Below, in pieces: positions 58,794 through 64,000 of a DNA stretch of 64,000 bases. The notes under the pieces were generated by a model. It worked only from the letters and a program-made list of their open reading frames with translations. It was not told the origin of the DNA and did no database searches. Numbering within the stretch: the stretch's first letter is position 1; every line of letters starts with the position of its first letter. Source of the DNA: Candidatus Thiodiazotropha sp. (ex Myrtea sp. 'scaly one' KF741663) (GTDB lineage: Bacteria > Pseudomonadota > Gammaproteobacteria > Chromatiales > Chromatiaceae); the NCBI GenBank assembly GCA_025655555.1, contig JAHXIQ010000007.1, forward strand, positions 83,010 through 147,009, written 5' to 3'. A program made the translations under genes and the position numbers.

Positions 58794-60776
58794 ATGAAAT
58801 ACATCGCATCCAGATCGTCGGTCTGGTTTTTCTTTTTTCTTTTCACTCTCTGCTTCTTCACTCCCGTTCAGAGTGCCGAGAGTGAGTTAACCATTCTGGG
58901 GGAAACGCCACCCCCGGGTTTCGACCCCGTTACGGGGGAACGCATCATCCCCAACGAACGTTGCTTGACGTGCCATGGCGATGCGCACGAGAAAACCGAT
59001 ACGCGGGATGACGGCACCATCGTCGATATCTACGCGGATCCGGAGAAGATGGAGGATAGTGTGCATGGCGAGCAGGCCTGCACCAACTGTCACGCCACCA
59101 TCGACCGCGTACCGCACCGCGAGGCCCCGGATGTTGTCGTTGGCTGCGTGGAGTGTCACCGGGAGACTTGGGACAAGCACAGGAACGATCCGGAAGGTAA
59201 ATACGAACGCCTCGGCGTGGTGATGGAGACAATCGACTCCTACTACGATTCCATACACGCCCGCCCCAACAGGCACGACCAATCTGAGACCAATGCCACC
59301 TGTTACGACTGCCATGAAGCCCACGACATCGGCACCCTTGGCAGTCATCAACGGGCCGAACATCGCCTGAAGAATCCCGAGATGTGCGGCGAGTGCCACC
59401 GGAAAGAGCTCAACGAGTACAAGGAATCCGTCCACGGCAAGGCGGTGCTGGAGGAGAATGACAGCGAATCGGCCGTCTGCTCCGATTGCCACACGACCCA
59501 CACCATCGACGATCCCGACAGCGACAAGGCCAAGCTATCGATCACCAAAAATTGCGGTGACTGCCACAAAGAGGCCCAGCGCACCTATTTCGACTCCTAT
59601 CACGGCCAGGTGCATCGCCTTGGTTATACCAACACTGCAAAGTGCCACGACTGCCACAGTGGTCACTCGGTCAAGGGCGAGGATGATCCGACATCGGAGA
59701 TTCATGCCAACAATCGTCTGGAAAACTGCAGAGTCTGCCACGAAGATGCCAATGAAAACTTCCTGACCTTCTGGCCCCACGGTGATGCGGACGACAGGGA
59801 AAATTACCCCGGCCTTTGGTTCTTCAAGATCTTCATGCAGATGCTGATCTTCTCGGTCATGGCCTTCTTCTGGGTCCATGTGTTTATGTGGCTCTATCGC
59901 GAGGTGATGGACCGTATTCAGGGCAAGGGTTTTATCGAGGATCTGAATAAACCCGATGTGGTCTATTTCCGCCGTTTCCCGTCAGTTTGGCGCTGGATCC
60001 ACGGCCTGTTCGCCATCTCCACCATGACCCTGATCCTAACCGGCACCACCCTGTTGTTTGCACATACCGGTTGGGCCAAGGCCGTGGTGGTGTTACTCGG
60101 CGGACCGGAGATGGAGGGCATTATCCATCGTACCGCAGCCGTCATCTGGCTGGGTATATTCCTCGCCCACCTGACCATAGCTATCAGCAATATCTGGAGC
60201 AAGCGCGATAGCTTCAAGTGGTTCGGTAGCACTTCTATGCTGCCCAACTGGAAGGATTGGGATGATCTGAAAGGCATGTTCAAGTGGTTCCTCGGCCGAG
60301 GCCCGCGTCCCGAGTTCACTCACTGGACCTATTGGCAGAAGTTTGACTACTGGGCACCCTTCTGGGGTGCGGCGATAATCGGTTCATCCGGTATCATGCT
60401 GTTCGCACCGGAGGCGACCGCCATCATCCTGCCGGGCTGGATGTTCAATATCGCCACCCTGGTGCATGCCGAAGAGGCGCTGCTGGCGGCCATCTTCCTC
60501 AACTCTGTGCACTTCTTTAACGTGCATTTCCGGCCCGAGCGCTTCCCGATGAGTACGACTATCTTCACCGGTGCGATCCCCATCGAGGAGTTCAAGCATG
60601 ACCACCGTCTCGAATACGAGCGGCTGGTTGAGAGCGGTGAACTTGACAGTCATCTGGTCAGTCGTCCCTCGCGTCGTGCAGACCTGGCGGCCTCCTTCAT
60701 CACTACCGTGCTGATCATGGCCGGTCTGGCCTTGCTGACGCTGGTGCTGATCGGTCTGATGACCTCGCCGGCTTGA
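58794..60776 (+). CDS. Nine-haem c-type cytochrome fused to a polytopic b-type-cytochrome-like membrane domain
   Basis: ATG 58794 follows GAGGAA. A signal peptide ends VQSAES. There are nine CxxCH motifs: CLTCH, CTNCH, CVECH, CYDCH, CGECH, CSDCH, CGDCH, CHDCH and CRVCH. The C-terminal about 330 aa has about six hydrophobic helices carrying conserved-looking His (WIHGLF, IHRTAAVIWLGIFLAHL, LVHAEE, SVHFFNVHF). Confidence 0.88.
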   Translation: MKYIASRSSVWFFFFLFTLCFFTPVQSAESELTILGETPPPGFDPVTGERIIPNERCLTCHGDAHEKTDTRDDGTIVDIYADPEKMEDSVHGEQACTNCHATIDRVPHREAPDVVVGCVECHRETWDKHRNDPEGKYERLGVVMETIDSYYDSIHARPNRHDQSETNATCYDCHEAHDIGTLGSHQRAEHRLKNPEMCGECHRKELNEYKESVHGKAVLEENDSESAVCSDCHTTHTIDDPDSDKAKLSITKNCGDCHKEAQRTYFDSYHGQVHRLGYTNTAKCHDCHSGHSVKGEDDPTSEIHANNRLENCRVCHEDANENFLTFWPHGDADDRENYPGLWFFKIFMQMLIFSVMAFFWVHVFMWLYREVMDRIQGKGFIEDLNKPDVVYFRRFPSVWRWIHGLFAISTMTLILTGTTLLFAHTGWAKAVVVLLGGPEMEGIIHRTAAVIWLGIFLAHLTIAISNIWSKRDSFKWFGSTSMLPNWKDWDDLKGMFKWFLGRGPRPEFTHWTYWQKFDYWAPFWGAAIIGSSGIMLFAPEATAIILPGWMFNIATLVHAEEALLAAIFLNSVHFFNVHFRPERFPMSTTIFTGAIPIEEFKHDHRLEYERLVESGELDSHLVSRPSRRADLAASFITTVLIMAGLALLTLVLIGLMTSPA

Positions 60777-60792
60777 ACGGAGATATAAGTCA

Positions 60793-61374
60793 ATGAGATA
60801 CAACAACAACATTGCAATCCTGGCGCTGCTGATGATCCTGCCCGCTTTTTCACAAGCGGAGAGTCCATCCGGCCAGGCGCTCGCCTTCACCTGCGCGGGT
60901 TGCCACGGTACCGACGGTTCCAGTGTCGGTCCCTCCAGTCCGTCAATCGCCGGGATGGATCCCGATGTCTTCGTCGACGTTATGAAGGGCTATCGTGAGG
61001 ACAGGCGCAATTCGACCATCATGAATCGCATCGCCAAGGCCTATACCGATGAACAGCTCAGGGGCATGGCCTGGTTCTTTGCCAAGCAGAAGCTGCAGGT
61101 ATCGTCCCAAAAATACGATCCGCAACTGGCTGTGGTCGGCGAAAAGCTGCACAACAAGTATTGCAATAAGTGTCACGAGAAAGGCGGCGCAGCAGGGGAT
61201 TCCGGTACTCTTGCCGGTCAGTGGATGCCTTACCTCAGGTACAGCATGGCTGATTATATCGACGGTCGACGTCCCTATCCGCGCAAGATGAAACGTAAGG
61301 TCGATGCCGTAATCGAGGCTGAAGGCACCGATGCAGTACCGGCGTTGATCCACTACTACGGCAGCCAGCAATAA
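60793..61374 (+). CDS. fccA: Flavocytochrome c sulfide dehydrogenase, dihaem cytochrome c subunit
   Basis: A signal peptide is present. The two haem sites are CAGCHG and CNKCHE. SVGPSSPSIAGMDP.VFV.VM, TIMNRIAKAYT, LAGQW.PYL.Y.M.D and YYGSQQ closely parallel remembered A. vinosum FccA. Confidence 0.92.
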   Translation: MRYNNNIAILALLMILPAFSQAESPSGQALAFTCAGCHGTDGSSVGPSSPSIAGMDPDVFVDVMKGYREDRRNSTIMNRIAKAYTDEQLRGMAWFFAKQKLQVSSQKYDPQLAVVGEKLHNKYCNKCHEKGGAAGDSGTLAGQWMPYLRYSMADYIDGRRPYPRKMKRKVDAVIEAEGTDAVPALIHYYGSQQ

Positions 61375-61393
61375 GCGCAGAAGGATAAGAACA

Positions 61394-62689
61394 ATGAGTA
61401 AATTCAACCGCAGAGACTTTATCCGTTGGTCTGCCGGAATAACCCTGGCCAGTGGTTCGTTGGGATTTCCTGGATTGCTGCTGGCAGCAACCCGCAAGGT
61501 AGTGATAGTGGGTGGTGGTGTCGGCGGCTGCACCGCCGCCAAGTACCTCCGCAAGCTCGATCCCAATGTCGAGGTCACGCTGATCGAGACCAAAAAGGCC
61601 TATACCTCCTGCTTCATGAGTAACGAGGTATTGAGCGGCGATCGGACACTGGAATCCCTCACCTTCGACTATGAAGGGCTGAAACGACACGGGGTCAATA
61701 TAGTGATCGACCGGGTGACGGCCATCGATCCGGCCAAGAAATCGGTGGCGACCGAAAGTGGAGAGACGTTTGCCTACGACGCCTGTGTGGTGTCCCCCGG
61801 GGTCGATTTTAAATGGGATGCAATCGAGGGTTACAACGCAGAGGTTTCCGAAACCATACCCCACGCCTGGTTCGCCGGTCCACAGACCCAGACCCTGCGG
61901 AATCAGATTGAATCCATGCCCGAAGGGGGCAAGGTGATTATCGTGGCACCGCCGAATCCCTACAAGTGCCCGCCAGGACCCTACGAACGGGCTGCTCAGA
62001 TCGCCATGTATTGTAAGCACCACAAGCCCAAGGCCAAGATCCTGATCCTAGACCCCAAGGACCGTTTCTCCAAGCAGGGGTTGTTCCGGCAGGGTTGGAG
62101 CAAGCTCTACGGTTTCGGTACTGAGAACAGCATGATCGAGTGGGTGGGTGCCGCCGGTGGGGGTACCGTCGAGGCCATTGATCCTTCCACCCGTACTCTG
62201 CAGGCGGAGATCGAAGAGTTTCAGGCCGATGTAATCAACATCATCCCGCCACAAAAGGCCGGCAAGGTCGCCTTTGCCTCCGATCTGGTGGAAGGGGATT
62301 GGTGCCCCGTGGATAAGCTCACCTTCGAATCCACCCGTCATCCCGATGTCTATGTCCTGGGTGACGCCTCCAGCGCCGCCAAGATGCCGAAGTCGGCCTA
62401 TGCCGCCAACTCCCAGGCCAAGGTGGCGGCGGCTGCCATCGTGGCTCGGTTCAACGGCCAGTCACCTGGTGAGCCTACCTTCGTCAATACCTGCTACAGC
62501 ATACTGGGTGAAGAGCATGGCATCTCTGTGGCAGCGGTCTATACCCTGAACCGTGAGAGCAATACCATCCTGCCGATCAAAGGGGCAGGGGGGCTCTCGC
62601 CCATGGATGCATCGGAGGCACAACGCAAACGTGAAGTGAGTTACGCCCACAGCTGGTTTAAAAATGTCATCGACGACATGATGGGTTGA
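61394..62689 (+). CDS. fccB: Flavocytochrome c sulfide dehydrogenase, flavoprotein subunit
   Basis: The Tat-type signal is NRRDFIRW. The FAD fold is KVVIVGGGVGGCTAAKYL. YKCPPGPYERA, GFGTENSMIEW, DVINIIPPQKAG, GDWCPVD, MPKSAYAANSQAKVAAAA and TCYS are as in FccB. Confidence 0.95.
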   Translation: MSKFNRRDFIRWSAGITLASGSLGFPGLLLAATRKVVIVGGGVGGCTAAKYLRKLDPNVEVTLIETKKAYTSCFMSNEVLSGDRTLESLTFDYEGLKRHGVNIVIDRVTAIDPAKKSVATESGETFAYDACVVSPGVDFKWDAIEGYNAEVSETIPHAWFAGPQTQTLRNQIESMPEGGKVIIVAPPNPYKCPPGPYERAAQIAMYCKHHKPKAKILILDPKDRFSKQGLFRQGWSKLYGFGTENSMIEWVGAAGGGTVEAIDPSTRTLQAEIEEFQADVINIIPPQKAGKVAFASDLVEGDWCPVDKLTFESTRHPDVYVLGDASSAAKMPKSAYAANSQAKVAAAAIVARFNGQSPGEPTFVNTCYSILGEEHGISVAAVYTLNRESNTILPIKGAGGLSPMDASEAQRKREVSYAHSWFKNVIDDMMG

Positions 62690-62694
62690 GGCTG

Positions 62695-62716
62695 TCAGGA
62701 GAGACGCTCCTCTCCT
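62695..62716 (+). terminator. Hairpin just after the fccB stop (no U-tract)
   Basis: CAGGAGAG-acgctc-CTCTCCTG is a perfect 8-bp stem 6 nt after the TGA. The lack of a following T-run makes its terminator function uncertain. Confidence 0.35.
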
Positions 62717-63643
62717 GTCGCCGAATACCCAGACCCGGTTAACTTAATCGCTATCCGGAAAATCCGCCATTCGAATTCCGTTCTAATGGGAATGCCATTT
62801 TGTCGGCTTTAAAAAGGTGGATGAGTCACGCCGAATAATATGAGTATCCCAGTCTATGCCAACAGCGCGACAAAACGGTTGCTCGCTGCCGCCTATGCCG
62901 GCGTCCGTTTCGCCACGTGAGTGGTGATACATCGTTTTAATCCCATTTTTCCTTGGGATGTGTCATGCCACTTACTGCAGGTGTTTACTCACTCTCCAGG
63001 ATCATTTGGTTGGCAAAGTGTTGTGCAATGCAGAAGTTATGATGATTGTGTCGAAAGGTCACTCTCAGATTCTGTTTGGACGGTGTCTGCGGCAACTGTC
63101 TGCGAATATGGTGTCGTACTTATCATCCAACCATCTATTTCTCCGAGAAGCACGGAAAATCACAGTAGGGGAGCAGTCCTGGCCGAACCTTTTCCTGGGA
63201 CGGTGGCTCAAGGGGCTAGCCAGGTATTTGCGGGAGAATTCAGACAATGATGAAGTGGCGGGATGGGAATGGCCTCGGGAGGCGGGGCGATAGGTGTTTA
63301 CGGAGAGAGATATAGGATTGCTTCGCTTTTCGCGGCGGTCAACAGCGTTCAGACGCGACGGAGTGTATGCTCATTGTTTGGCGGATAGCGAACGTCTTGA
63401 TCCGGTCAACAGGGTGAGCTGATTCCAAGAGGAACTAGAGCAAACGATCGCTTGAGTATTCAGTCCATTTTTATTTTCTGGAGGAAGTAGTACGATTGGT
63501 ATCAGTGAGGTTACATCTGTTCGCCTGCCATTCGACGAACTTTCCTTCACAATGTAATTCACCACAGTGTGCTGTGGTGCAAGAGATACGTGGTTACAAA
63601 AGCGAGCTGGGGCGGTTTCGATGGCTATGAGCCGGAATGGAAT

Positions 63644-64000
63644 ATGCTGATGGATACGACCAGAATCGGAAGGCACCCGCTGACGATACTAACAAGTAGT
63701 ATCACATGTCTTGCAGTGTTTCTTAGCTTGTCGATAATCGCAGGTTGCTCGTCTGAAGACCAGGTAAAACCTCTTAAGCCGCTGCGAGTTGCGACCGGAA
63801 ACTGGCAACCTTTCGTCGGCGAAGAGCTCCCGCATGGCGGTCCACTGGCGACGATGATCTCGACGATTTTCGTTGACTTGGGTTATGTCCCTGAATTCCA
63901 GTTTTATGACTGGCCCATGGTAGAGATACATCTTGAAACTGGCTATCCGAGTCTAGCTTTTCCGTTTATCAAGAGTGACGAAAGAGTGGCTAAGGGTTTC
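63644..64000 (+). CDS. Lipoprotein of the family-3 solute-binding-protein type, N-terminal part (3' end lies outside the window)
   Basis: This ORF is not in the supplied track because it runs off the window end. My own translation gives MLMDTTRIGRHPLTILTSSITCLAVFLSLSIIAGCSSEDQVKPLKPLRVATGNWQPFVGEELPHGGPLATMISTIFVDLGYVPEFQFYDWPMVE.... It has the lipobox IAGC and SBP_bac_3-like text (LRVAT..W.PF). Confidence 0.6.
   Translation, partial: MLMDTTRIGRHPLTILTSSITCLAVFLSLSIIAGCSSEDQVKPLKPLRVATGNWQPFVGEELPHGGPLATMISTIFVDLGYVPEFQFYDWPMVEIHLETGYPSLAFPFIKSDERVAKGF

Noticed and set aside
60943-62023. Two long antisense ORFs (216 aa and 262 aa) across fccA and fccB.
   Set aside because: Both are embedded in genes with very strong family matches on the plus strand. 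They have no start context and a biased Gly/Arg/Pro composition.
62958-63293. The ORF contains LGRWLKGLARYL, which is faintly reminiscent of the RGWxNYY motif of group II intron maturases.
   Set aside because: It is a single short resemblance. No RT motifs or intron RNA structure are recognisable, and the ORF overlaps others in different frames.

Overview
This 64-kb window looks like core chromosome of a sulfur-oxidising gammaproteobacterium. It is GC-rich by eye, with three A+T-rich patches. I call about 60 protein-coding genes. I recognised no rRNA, tRNA, CRISPR array, integrase or transposase.

The backbone is housekeeping and syntenic with Pseudomonas-type gammaproteobacteria:
- tolC (3' end)-aroC-MFS-ndk
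- LysR <> leuC-leuD-leuB-asd-asd paralogue-fimV-truA-trpF-trpB-trpA-accD-folC-SPOR protein
- later fmdB-DUF502-aspS-nudB, prc, gshA, metZ, hemF and fpr

Sulfur and energy modules are interspersed:
- A solitary oxidative-type dsrAB pair (5.9-8.3 kb) that is not followed by dsrEFHC.
- A persulfide-dioxygenase-type MBL hydrolase.
- A malyl-CoA lyase plus SucCD-like (malate thiokinase-type) operon.
- At 58.8-62.7 kb, a nine-haem cytochrome c fused to a b-type-cytochrome-like membrane domain, directly upstream of flavocytochrome c sulfide dehydrogenase fccAB. This is the most interesting candidate system.

Motility and c-di-GMP content is high:
- pomAB stator genes with a sigma28-type promoter and an atypical PilZ gene
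- FimV and an orphan GspC
- a REC-REC-GGDEF*-EAL* protein
- a 1085-aa SBP-PAS-PAS-GGDEF-EAL sensor
- a stand-alone PilJ-N-type periplasmic protein

Other oddities are a formyltransferase-like gene interrupted at a T9 run, a DUF971/MoaD-like fusion lacking the GG terminus, REP-like inverted elements and gene-poor A+T-rich segments.

All functional calls come from reading motifs and from remembered family sequences. No database searches were run.
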